Assembly: GCF_964355755.1 (NCBI RefSeq)
Contig: NC_092677.1
Location: 21,811,175-21,875,174 of the forward strand
Length of the DNA: 64,000 nt
DNA from: Antedon mediterranea
Lineage: Eukaryota; Animalia; Echinodermata
Direction: 5' to 3'
Part shown: positions 26,436 through 38,651 of the stretch, piece by piece
Numbering within the stretch: position 1 is the first letter of the stretch
Layout: every line of letters starts with the position of its first letter
Translations under genes and position numbers: made by a program
The notes under the pieces: generated by a model
The model's input: the letters and a program-made list of their open reading frames with translations, nothing else
What the model was told of the DNA's origin: nothing
The model's database searches: none

Positions 26436-28256
26436 TCTATTTAATTTGTAAATGAATAAAATATTTCAGGTATAGATTAATAATATAATTTTAATTTGAT
26501 TAATTATAGCTTTACTTAGATAGTATACAATATTAAAACTTTATTTTAATGATATTTTGTTGGAATTGTTGAAAACAAGAAAATATCTGTAATCTATTAT
26601 CCAGTCGACATTGAGTTATACACTAGTTATTTGAAATAAAATACCTAAAAGTATACAAAAATTGTTAAAAACATTGCGTTGTGATAAGTATTAGCATGTA
26701 TGTATTATGTTCGCAAACTACGATGTTATAATTTGTGAACCATTTAATTGGTCACTTTTTCCTGTTAATCGTTACCATTTAAAGACTCTAATGGAAATAA
26801 ATTATATATTATTTTAAGCTTTCTTTGGTTTTTCCTGGTTCAATTAGTTTTTTTTTAAATTTTTATTTTTGTGTCATTTTATTCATGTTTTGAAACAAAT
26901 ATTGTAAATCAAATCATGTTTCAGTGACTATGTTGATGTGTAGCCTTATTACTGTACCCATTTTTCTGTAAAATAATTATTGATTACTTAATCTGGTTAA
27001 CTCAATGCAACGTGGACTGGAATATAGGCTTTATTAGTTCACTGGTGCTTTGATTTTAAGGTTGTAGGAATAAATTTTATTTTATTTTTCTTATACTATA
27101 TTTTGATGTACATTTGATTAAAAACATATATTTTTAAAATTGTGCTCATATTGTCGTAAATAGAAATGATTCAATTAAAACCAATTGACTGGATAACAAT
27201 AACAATTTCTTAGGCCATTTATGCTTTTACCTAGAAGGAAACTATTTGAAATGTTGCTGCTTCTTCTTCCACCTCTAGCATTTGCCTAGCATTTCAAACA
27301 ATGTATGTTTCAAATTTAATAATTCATTCATATGTTTGTCACTTCTATTATTGTCAAAGTAGTGTCGTAATGATTTTTTGCTCTAATAAATTGTGTATGA
27401 AATATATACTTAGAAGTTAATTATGTACTGAACAGTATATTTTTATAAAATGATTAATATTTTTAGTGAATACACCATGATTTCAGAAACACAATTAAAA
27501 CAAATCACTGGTAGCTAATTGTTAATTATGTAAGAAAGTTACTTACAATTTAGGAGCCATGGGGCTGACAATGAACAAGGATGAATTGTAACTATAGAAA
27601 TAGACAGTTACCATCTTCAATGCATAATACCTCAAATATATATTCTAATTGACTTGCCTTAATTCAAGTGGCTTTAATAAAATGACATCAATATTGAATA
27701 AAAAGATGTTCTTTTTAAAATAATTTCAATAAATTACTAATTATTTGTAAATGTGTAGTACAGTAAATTAATTAATATAATATCAATGGAATTGTGAACT
27801 CCTCTAAGCATGATATCCAAATATCAGATGTAATGTAGATATATTATAACAATAAAACAACCTTATTTTTCCATAAGATAAAATACATTATTGTTATTTT
27901 ATAATGTAAGTAGTTATTTCTGGTGTCTTTTTTGTGTGTTAAAATATATAATGAATTCTTTTCATGCACTTGCATTTTGCAACCAATGAACATAACATTT
28001 ATAATTTCCAAAAGCTGCATCATAATGTGTTAATAGATTTTCACTAAAAGGTTATAACTATAATATGATGTTTCATTTTTTACACCCAATTAGAGCACCA
28101 ATTTCAAATTAGAATGTATAGAATAAGAGCTCACTGAATCAATGCAATGCATGTTAACTTAACTGTTAATGTCACTACACCGTTTATAGAATGATTATTT
28201 TAATAAAGACAATTTTGAAAGAATGGCTGTAGTTGTTCGTTTTAGACTAAAAACAA

Positions 28257-28798
28257 AAGGGAGCGGATTCCAGGATGTTGTGAAAGTGACGCAACGGTAG
28301 TATCCCTGGCATCTAGGCGAGACGATTTTGAAAATATGATACCTCTAGATCTATGGTCGGAAATGGCACTTTGGCGTTATTATAAATGTATTAACAAATT
28401 GATATTTTAAACGTGAAAACTGAGGTACTAGCCTATTAAATGATGATATTTCCCCCCTATATTTTTTAGTAAAGGCGTCGCCACAGGGCGCTTCGCGCAA
28501 GTCAGCGGCGGAAAAGAGTTCTTGTATATACGTACAACAGAGCGGTTATGAACAAAGACATTATAGCGCCACGTGGCGCTATACGATCTTTGTTTCTGAA
28601 CCCCCTTGTCACACCATGACCTATTGACGGGCCTATTGATTAATTTATGATTATTATGACTATTGCTATAAACTACTTAGGGCATTTTATAAATATCGGG
28701 GTTTTAAAGTCGCCGCCATTACAAGTAAAAGCTTCTATGCTTATTCAGTGAATTGGTAGGATAATTTTTTTGGTCCAGATTTATAGGATCCGCCACTG
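28257..28798. mobile_element. Degenerate element with hAT-like ends
   Basis: agggagcggattccagg ... ggatccgccactg. Confidence 0.45.
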
Positions 28799-30054
28799 AA
28801 TAAGCATAGAACCTTTTGCATGTCTGTGCGTTAGATCAAATGGAATACTTAAAATGTTGAAATCTCCGCAGATCATGTATCAAATACAGTAAAGATAATG
28901 AACACTTGTAAATAAAGTTAATAGTTAAAAAAACAAACACAGAACATGAACATGAAAATAAATACTGTGTTTGTTTCTCATCCATATAGCATTTAATGTT
29001 CAAATGTTTTGTTTATTTATATATTATTTATAATTATTATTATAGGCCTACTAGATAAAAAATATTGTGAAATAAATAGAAAAGGGATAGGCCTATCCTA
29101 CATGAGTGAAAGTTTCCAATGATAAAATCTAAGATGGGTTAAAAAGTAAAATCCAGATCACATGCTAGTAGGCCTAAATGGAAATACTATCAAATCATCC
29201 AATACAATACCCAACGCAGGACGGGTTCTGGCGCACTAGTCTGCGCATGGATTATCGTCATATTTTCGAACAGCCGAACATATACAGGTCAATTGTCGAC
29301 GACGAAGCGACTAGACGTGGCATCCGCCGGTACACCAAAACAGTTTTTTCTTCTTTAATTCGTTAAGAATTATAAACTTATCTCTCATGTTGTGTGTAAC
29401 TGCTGCCACTATTAAATGTATATTTATTGGTGACCAACCCTGTAATATTTTCCAACACTAGCCTAACAATAACCTAACTTGCCCAACTTATACTATACCT
29501 GTCTGGTGGTCTTTTCATATTATTTCGTATTAATTCGCGGTGGGTCACACTCAGCAGCATAGAGCAGCAGCAATTTTTTTTTAATATGATGGGTCTATTC
29601 CATGAAGTATTTTTTGTTGTATTTAAAGTAAATATTTCCACATAGAAAATTAGAAAGCCGTTCAGAGAGTGCATACTGTAAAATTCTCCTACATAAAATT
29701 TCTCCGGGAATATATAGGCCTATATAATATATTTGTTTGTTTCTTAATGCTGTGTGTAATTTCAGTACAACCATGTGTATGCGAAGTTGTTGTAATGGTT
29801 TATGTAACCACCCTTTCAACAAACAATAGTTTCAATTGACTAACAATATAGAACAGCAACGCCAAACACAAACGGGTGAATTTGAAAAGAAATAGGTTTT
29901 TTAAAACTACTCGTATCAAAAAACCTGTAAATTAAATCAAATTATGTTTTAAAATTACAAATCACAAATTATAACTCTTGCGCTCTGGTACAAAAATGAA
30001 TTTTTGTTAACAAGTAGTTTTCGAGAAAATGCAATTTAAGACTTTAGGACTAGA

Positions 30055-31658
30055 CTGCCTCGCCGGTTTTTGAAAATTCTGTCCTATTTTTTAACACTAG
30101 CATGTCTGAAATTTATAGGAAAAAGTGGTCATATTTGGGACCGTGGTCCGGATCCCCTCTAAAATTTAATAGAGTGGTCCTTGACCACATAATATGTATC
30201 TGTATTCATTTTGGTAAATATCTTGTAATTAGATCCCGTTGTTCCATCTTACATTCTAAATGGACATGAACTCATGAACGTTAATGACATTACGTTACTT
30301 GGTGTGGTAATATCCCATAATTTGTCATGGACACATCAGGTAGATAATGTAACTTTGAAATGCAATAGGATGTTAGGTTTTATACGGTCAATTGCCACAT
30401 TAAAGAGGCATAGTGTTTTTAAAGTGGGTCATTAACATGTTTTTAAATTGTGCCCAACTTCCGCAAACAAAGGCGTCTTTAATATTGGCCGGTAATGTAT
30501 TCCACAAACGAATAAATCTGGTTGGGATACAATGCTTTCCACTATCAGTTTTGAATGCAAGATGTTTAAAAGTTAGAACATCCAAATGCCTACAATTGAT
30601 AGTCAACATATTTAAAATAAAACTATTCTGTAATTTATATAATATATTTGTAACAAAAATAACGGTAAAATAATCTCGATTTGATTCAGCTGTCATCAAA
30701 TTCAGTTTAGTTAATCGGTCAGAATATGGCTGATCTAAGATTCGTTGATGAAGGATAAATCGACTTGCCCTTCTTTGAATTTTCTCTATCTTATTAATAT
30801 GACATTGACGATAAGGATACCAAACAGGGGAGCAATATTGAATATGGGGAAGAACAAGACATTTATAAAGTTTAAGTAAAACAGATGTAACGGCGACCGG
30901 GAATCCACCAAATTTTAGGATTCAGCCAAGTAGCCTTTTTTGCAATTAAAATCTCATTACACGGAATCTCTTTGTTGTTATACAACACACTTCTCGTAGG
31001 CGTGTAGAATATGCGTGTAATAGCGTGTTGTATAAACGCGCCCTTAGATCAGCCATATTCTGACCGATTAACTAAACTGAATTTGATGACAGCTGAATCA
31101 AATCGAGATTATTTTACCGTTATTTTTGTTACAAATATATTATATAAATTACAGAATAGTTTTATTTTAAATATGTTGACTATCAATTGTAGGCATTTGG
31201 ATGTTCTAACTTTTAAACATCTTGCATTCAAAACTGATAGTGGAAAGCATTGTATCCCAACCAGATTTATTCGTTTGTGGAATACATTACCGGCCAATAT
31301 TAAAGACGCCTTTGTTTGCGGAAGTTGGGCACAATTTAAAAACATGTTAATGACCCACTTTAAAAACACTATGCCTCTTTAATGTATATTATGGTATTAA
31401 TATTACATATTTACATTGTTTTATGTTTTAATGTATGCTTTGAGTGTGGTGTGGCACGCCTTATGGCGACAGTGGTCCTTTGACCTCTTTTGCCACTCCT
31501 TGGCACACTCAAAGTTTATGTATTGTTTTAATGTTGCTAAAATTAATAAAATAAAATAAAATAAATAAAATAATTACTTTTTGAGTAATCCTGCTAACAA
31601 ACAAACAGACAAACAAACACACGCGATCGATTAACATATATCTCCTTGGCGGAGGTAA
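30055..31658 (+). mobile_element. HINE/DINE-1-like (Helentron-associated) element, interrupted by the LINE
   Basis: Core ...ccggatcc...aaaatttaat...; resumes as tttttgagtaatcctgctaac, (caaa/caga) microsatellite and terminal hairpin atctccttggcggaggt. Left boundary approximate. Confidence 0.65.
30232..31570 (+). mobile_element. 5'-truncated CR1/L2-type LINE with internal inversion-duplication
   Basis: + strand: YILNGHEL...LLGVVISHNLSWTHQV...KCNRMLGFIRS; - strand: LKLYKCLVLPHIQYCSPVW...KIEKIQRRASRFI; + strand again: ...RLWNTLP...FK. 3' UTR stem-loop tttgagtgtg/cacactcaaa; (TAAAA)n tail; TSD TAATTA at 30226-30231 and 31571-31576. Confidence 0.88.
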
Positions 31659-31731
31659 ATATATGATGAATGTTTATATTGAAAAGGACGTTTGATTTTA
31701 CAATACTGATACGATGCAATATTGCCATTAG

Positions 31732-31939
<208 letters not shown>

Positions 31940-31996
31940 GTTTGTTGTATGAGAGAATGTATCTGGTGGGTGAAAATCTGTGATAATACCATACAT

Positions 31997-32068
31997 GGCT
32001 CTGTGGTCTAGTGGTATGATACTCGCCCTGTAAGCGAGAGGTTGCAGGTTCGAATCCAGCCAGAGACA
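31997..32068 (+). tRNA. tRNA-like sequence (pseudo-tRNA or SINE head), Pro-like body with TGT anticodon, copy 1
   Basis: 72-nt cloverleaf; A box TGGTCTAGTGG, B box GGTTCGAATCC, T6 terminator; G2:A71 and A:A T-stem mismatches; C at position 33. Confidence 0.6.
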
Positions 32069-32363
32069 TTTTTTCATACAACTAAAAAATATGGAACTTT
32101 CGCCAATGAGCTATGCTCGACGCGATTATGAGATCATGTTCCGAATATGAGCACTGTTTCTATAATTTACAGTATGATTTATATATAATTTACCCAGTGC
32201 TACGCAACATCATTGATTTACATATACACAATATTATTTAAAAAACCGTTGCGAATTAAAGTTGGAATTTATTCTGACTTGTTAAGCCTCCACTGATTGT
32301 GAGGGCGTTTGTTGTATGAGAGAATGTATCTGGTGGGTGAAAATCTGTGATAATACCATACAT

Positions 32364-32435
32364 GGCTCTGTGGTCTAGTGGTATGATACTCGCCCTGTAA
32401 GCGAGAGGTTGCAGGTTCGAATCCAGCCAGAGACA
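32364..32435 (+). tRNA. tRNA-like sequence, copy 2
   Basis: Identical to copy 1, offset +367. Confidence 0.6.
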
Positions 32436-32730
32436 TTTTTTCATACAACTAAAAAATATGGAACTTTCGCCAATGAGCTATGCTCGACGCGATTATGAGA
32501 TCATGTTCCGAATATGAGCACTGTTTCTATAATTTACAGTATGATTTATATATAATTTACACAGTGCTACGCAACATCATTGATTTACATATACACAATA
32601 TTATTTAAAAAACCGTTGCGAATTAAAGTTGGAATTTATTCTGACTTGTTAAGCCTCCACTGATTGTGAGGGCGTTTGTTGTATGAGAGAATGTATCTGG
32701 TGGGTGAAAATCTGTGATAATACCATACAT

Positions 32731-32802
32731 GGCTCTGTGGTCTAGTGGTATGATACTCGCCCTGTAAGCGAGAGGTTGCAGGTTCGAATCCAGCCAGAGA
32801 CA
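32731..32802 (+). tRNA. tRNA-like sequence, copy 3
   Basis: Identical to copy 1, offset +734. Confidence 0.6.
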
Positions 32803-32910
32803 TTTTTTCATACAACTAAAAAATATGGAACTTTCGCCAATGAGCTATGCTCGACGCGATTATGAGATCATGTTCCGAATATGAGCACTGTTTCTATAAT
32901 TTACAGTATG

Positions 32911-32966
<56 letters not shown>

Positions 32967-33261
32967 CAGGCAAAGAACATTAATTCTAAACCGCCCGGTG
33001 ATATACTGAAATTTAATTAATTAATTTGAAACGATATATATATATAAGCTCGTTGAGCTTGTGCGCTCTTTGTGTTCATAATCAGTGTACCATGTCCCGC
33101 ATAACTGGCTCAGCCTATATATTATTGTGCCAGTTCTGCGGTACATTTAATTTCGAAACCTGAGCTGCACAGACGAGATCTAAAAAGATCGAAACAGTAC
33201 TGTCTGCAGATTGGATATTATTATATATTTGGTCTTACAGAAACACCCATCCCCCCCCCCC

Positions 33262-33850
33262 TATGGTGGAGCCTGTGGCAAAGCGAATGTTGTTAAATGA
33301 CACCCCTAACTGGAAATGGTACTTTCTCGCCAAAAAATTATGATAAATGGCACCTTTTCGGCCGGAAATGGCACTCTAATAATAGCGCGCTCGCAAGTGG
33401 CAAAACGATCGCCAGCTATTTTTTCTGCCAACACATTTGCGTTCAATGCTAACGTCAACGAGTTATCCCGAACCATAACAATTTCCCCTGGCTAACGGGC
33501 CTGAACAACATCGCTATGAGTGTACTTTGGGATGGACCTGTTTATATTGTTCTTTCTATTAGTCTATTATGTTCATTGTAAAAGTTCCCACCGCCGGTAC
33601 ATCAAAGTTCGCAGTTTTTCAGTCAAGTTACCCACTCCTTTGCAAACTACAGAAAAATAGCGTTGTAGAACCAGTTGGTAGGTTATTAAATCCACCCCCT
33701 AAATGGGGATTCCCCATTATATATTATTATTATATATTAACAACGAACTATGCGTCAAAAACCTCCATTGCCCCGTCGTCGATTCCCAATTGTGTGTACG
33801 CTCCTCGCGGACTACGGACTCGCCGCACGTCACAACTGACAGTTCGGATA
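33262..33850 (+). repeat. Dispersed repeat, second copy at 44316-44328 plus 48128-48650
   Basis: About 500 bp colinear similarity (ctaataatagcgcgctcgcaa, gcaaactacagaaaaatagcgttgtagaaccagttgg). Confidence 0.85.
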
Positions 33851-35627
33851 AGCTATCGTTTGTGATTGGTAAAATAACTTGCATTGCATCCTAGAGTGAA
33901 AAAGTACGTTTTTTTTTCTTTTTTTGCATTCTCTTTATAACGAACTCCCACCTTTGTCAAGTTCACCCACTTTCGATTCATTTGAAATCAATTAAAGAAA
34001 ATATTTATTCCACAAATTTTAGACAATTTTTATTGTTTTATCAAATCGGATGGCTCCAGTGGGTTGAGCCTGTCATATTGATATATATCCTTAGGGTATG
34101 TTCAGACTCACGTCGTTAAGGTGGCGTTATGTAAGCGGCGTACATAATGTTGTGTCTGAACTAGGCGCAGATTAGCGTTAGCGAGCTGTTAACTCTAGCA
34201 GGAGAGGGAGATGAAGTTTTGGCAAGATGCTGATGGTACGTAAAGCCGTTGGCCCATTGGTGCATTGCTGACTGACGTAGTCCGAGAGTTCCTAATTCGA
34301 ATCATCAAGCTGCGCTTCCACAGTTATATATATAATTATAGCTTGCCACACCTCACCCTCCTCCTTTCCCCACCCCCGCTGTGCTCACATGTATATCTTT
34401 ATTTTGTCTCTCTCTTATTTGAAACCCCTTTCTTTCTCTTTAGTTTTCTGTGTCTTGGGAAATAATATATAAAAGGACATATTGAGCCATGATTTAAATT
34501 AAAACTCATTTAGTGATATAAGTAACGACATCATATCACTTGCAGGCTTTCTATTGTTACATTATGTAGGCATACAGCTGGTTGTTTCTACAATAATATC
34601 ATATAACGTCACAACACAGCACGAGATGTCTAATTTTAGAGCATTTTCAGGCAACGCAAATTATTATTTTTTCATTCCAAATAGCAGTGTGCAAACGCAA
34701 GCCATTTCCTATTTCACCTTCAGGAATGTTGAATATTTGATAACTTCATCTAGAATTTTCTTATTTAGGGCCTATAGACCTAAAAAAATAAACTTCACGT
34801 ATATTAATACACGGGCCCCCGAAAACATAGGCCTACAGGTATATTAAAATGTATTGTCCCCCAAAAACATAACATTAACAATCAAGACTATTAAACTATT
34901 ACTACTGTAAACAAGAAATTTACAAAAAACTGTTTTGAAGTAACAATTTAAATTTATTGTTCTTTCTCCCGTTCTTTTAATTCTTCATTAAATGATGATT
35001 TTTGTTTAACAATCACTAGTAAATATTTTGTGTAACGTATGGCATGAAATGAATGAAGTCCTAAAAGTACAGTTTATATGCGTGTTACTACTTATATTAA
35101 GGCCGTGTGACCCACATACCGACCCCAACATTCCAGTAAACAAAATTTCTAATTTTCCAGCCGCCGACAAACGTAGGCCTACTCATTAATCTGACAATTT
35201 AAGTAAATATCTCTATCATACCATTCGCCATCATTTTTAACAAAGAGCATAGAGATATTATAATCTCTACGCATAGAGGAAGGATTGTTTTGACATGATA
35301 ACTCTATCGCTAACACGAAAACACTGTTTATTGAAACAGGTCTTACAAACTGTGCATAGTCTCATGACTTTACTCTCGCCGGACCTGCTTTGCCCATGCC
35401 GAGTTTCCAAGTTCCCATTTTTCAGTCGTAGTAGGGCCTACTATAAGCATGGAGTTTACCTCCATGACCTATAAAAATGTACACTTGGTCCATGCCAATA
35501 ATAATATAAGTTTCCTATGCTTCAGATTCCGTCCTCTATAACCGCCTACGAGCGGTAACGGTAAGCGGTCTCAATCTATCTGTTCTGAGCGGAAACCGGA
35601 ATAACATATATTCCATACTTTATTTAA

Positions 35628-36381
35628 AGATGTATTGTTCCTTTGACTAATTCCAAAAAAAAAAAAAGATTTCGAAAAAAACTGGATCATTTTGAAGTAT
35701 CATAATAGTTATTAACTTTCACCAAAAATTAGTCAAAATTTAACTGAAATACAGACCTTTTTTTGTTCAAAAAGAAACTTTCACTTCCAGTCAAAGTTTT
35801 CGATCAAAACATATCTCACAATGTAACTCGCTTGTTTGGCTACTCTGTTTGCATATTCATAAAACTTCCCGCTCGCGATCTATGTGAAAACACCTTCTCA
35901 ATCGTGACGCATTGTAAACAATCCTAATTAGCATCATGCATATAATGCATAATCGTGGTTTGATAATCTTTGTTTACTTTTGCGTAAATTTGTTGTTTTT
36001 GGTTCGAATTTTCGACCTAAAGTGAATAACTTTTAAAATAGGACATTAAAACCATGGCGTAAAGAATAATCTTTAGGCCTACGCCAGCTTTAGGCCTATC
36101 TCTTTCATTTCTTGAGTCCATGAACAAAGGGTTTTTCTCCGCGGAAACCCCTATTAAAAAGGGGGTTGGGGTATGCCATATGCTATTATTTTGTAGTTTT
36201 AATAAAGTTAATCACTTCCATAGAAAAAAAAATTGGCCGGCAGACAATTTGACCATTTGCTTTAAATCACGTTTTTTTTTCAGGTAAATACATTTTTTTT
36301 CCGATCCAATCTTTGGTCAAATGGAATATTCAACAAAAAATTTGTTAAGAATTATTTTTTCAGGGGGACAATAATACATCT
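35628..36381 (+). mobile_element. Kolobok-like MITE, family 2, about 156 bp upstream of the FHOD ATG
   Basis: TTAA on both sides; TIR agatgtatt / aatacatct. Confidence 0.82.
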
Positions 36382-36537
36382 TTAAATCCGCCAACAATTT
36401 ATGTGAAATGACTCACTTATGACATCAACAACTGAGTGTAGCGACTGAGCGGAAGAATATTGACATACAGAGAGGAGCTGAGCTAGCAGCAGACTGTCAA
36501 CTTACAGGAAAGTTTTTTATGTTGGTCATTGTGAAAC

Positions 36538-36708
36538 ATGGCGACAAGTGGATTAGAACTACGAGTACAATATTTGGATGATACCGATCCATTTGCAAGC
36601 ACAATATTCCCAGAACCCACCCGGCCACCATGCTATGATTTTAATGAATATATTCCCTTGATCGACCAAATTGGAGGAATTCATAGACTGCTAAATGCAC
36701 CTCACAAA
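36538..36708 (+). CDS. FHOD3: FH1/FH2 domain-containing formin (FHOD1/3 ortholog), coding exon 1
   Basis: MATSGLELRVQYLDDTDPFASTIFPEPTRPP...IHRLLNAPHK is the FHOD N-terminal GBD signature (RVQYLDDTDPF, FPEP); donor gtaagt at 36709. FHOD1 versus FHOD3 cannot be resolved; probably the single invertebrate FHOD. Confidence 0.93.
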
Positions 36709-37473
36709 GTAAGTACCTTACACCCATACCTCCATGCTCTAAGCCTAGTAAGCCTAAAGCTGCTAAGCTACCTGTACACTGCAGAAACCCCTGCCGCTGG
36801 TGGTGTTGTCAACAAGCTAAGCATCGCCAAGCGTAACTAAGCTGCTGTCTGTGTGTCTGGGTGAAACTTGAAACTATTGGGTGTGGGTATATATAAAATA
36901 AGCTAATTTTTCTCTTCCCAATCAGTTATGCCTCGTTCGTAGCCCAGAATGGTATTCTTATTTATGTTGCAAGTAACTTAGCGATGGGGCGACTTGACTA
37001 GCATCCATTCTAGCTAGGGGTGTCACGACACCTATTAGATCACACAAACTAAGGCCCTAAACTACAGTAAGACCTTGTATTGTAAGACACAAAAACTAAG
37101 ACCCAGGCCTAAGGCTGATACATAGTTCCCTTTCATTCGTTCCCTTGTATTTTAATTCCAAATTTGTTAACCAACTTTATCCTGAATAAGATTATAAATT
37201 CTAAGATGTACGGTAGTTGAAAAAATAATTTCTAGACCTATAATAGCTAATTTTGATATTCTAACTACAAGCTGTTACTGTACTGTACATACTGTATTAA
37301 CAACGATTTCACAATAATTATGCTATACTTCTTACCCAAAATTAATCATAACACAAGTGTATATACTCCACTGGCGAAAATATTGAGAGTTTAATTTCTG
37401 TTGTAAAAAGTAGTTTAAAATTATATATTTATGGTAAAAAGCACCAGGGCCAATCAGAAGGGCATAATAGTTG

Positions 37474-38651
37474 CAGTGGCGGATCTAGCGGGGGGCGTAT
37501 GGGGCGTACGCCCCCCCCCCCTATTTTTTAAAGATTTTTTTGTGAAAAAAATTAAATAGATTTTAAAAACACGTATCGTTTCGACGGTCATCAATCACCG
37601 ATGGTTTGCACATTTTCATAGTGAAAATATACGTCGGAGCACATCGTCAGCTTGATCGCATTCCACCAAGCATGTACGTCGACATCCTTTGTGTACTATC
37701 AATCTCTAGCATTACCAACGATCATTCACAGTTAAGTGTAAAAGGAGCAGGTTGATAAAAGCCACGTGGTGAGCTTGGTCGCGTTCCACTAAGCAGGTCG
37801 GCATCCTTTGTGATCGTAGAGTAGCTCGGTACCTCCAACGATCAATAGAGTTGATGAAGCCACATGGTCAGTGCTACTATACTACGCGCCCATTTATTAA
37901 GTACAATAAAAACAAAGGCTAGGACTGTATAGTGCCTATGAAAATTATCCCATTAGGCCTACATTTTATTAAAACGTATTACTATTAAAATATTAACAAT
38001 GCTGCAGCATTTCATGACCCTTGTTGTTTTATTTGCTTTCCCGTCGATGATTCTCATAAACAAATCGCGATGACAAAAGAGGTGTTTTGTTTTTTTCAAA
38101 TCTCTAAATATAATGTAATGATGATCGAGCCGGACCGCTAATTTTTAAACGATCGTTTAAACCAGGTCGTTGAATATGCCGTGATTTTAATTGTCAAAAA
38201 CATGATGTCAGTCGATGGCTCGGAGTTTCGATAAATCTCGCGTCGCATGTGTTGCGTGGTGGTGGAAAACACTCTCAGCAAGTTTGCTTCATTAATATGC
38301 ATGAGACTCTTTGACGACCCGCTTTAACGTGACGTCATTTTACTTCAGCTGCATGCGAAGGAGTAATCACTGCGATCGACCCGGCGAGCGTGTAAGAAAA
38401 TAATACCGGCCTAGGCTAGGCTAGGACAAGTTTATAAAAGCTGAAAAACATTGTCGCGTTGTAAAAATTTAGATGTAAAGTACAGGCAAGTTGTTAGCTT
38501 GCTTTTGGTACCCTAGGTATCAGCTGCATGTTCCACATGTCGTAATTTGCGAGCTTTATTTAGAATGTTTGGTAAATGACATTATGAGATGTTTGTAAAT
38601 TGTTTTAAACGACTTACAATGCGCTATTTCAATATCCTGGATCCGCCCCTG
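37474..38651. mobile_element. Non-autonomous hAT-like element
   Basis: TIR cagtggcggatc / gatccgcccctg; flanking direct repeat atagttg (7 bp). Related ends at about 28257-28798. Confidence 0.78.

Larger units (their letters stand above)
31940..32914 (+). repeat. Tandem array, 367-bp unit, about 2.65 copies, each with a tRNA-like sequence
   Basis: Near-identical units (one mismatch seen, tacccagtg/tacacagtg); flanked by (TA)n on both sides. Confidence 0.95.

Noticed and set aside
32090-32160. HDV-like ribozyme downstream of the tRNA-like gene (GGAAC/GTTCC and TGCTC/GAGCA pairings, CGAA motif)
   Set aside because: No 7-bp P1, no proper P3/L3 or P1.1 on either strand; no hammerhead core in the unit either.
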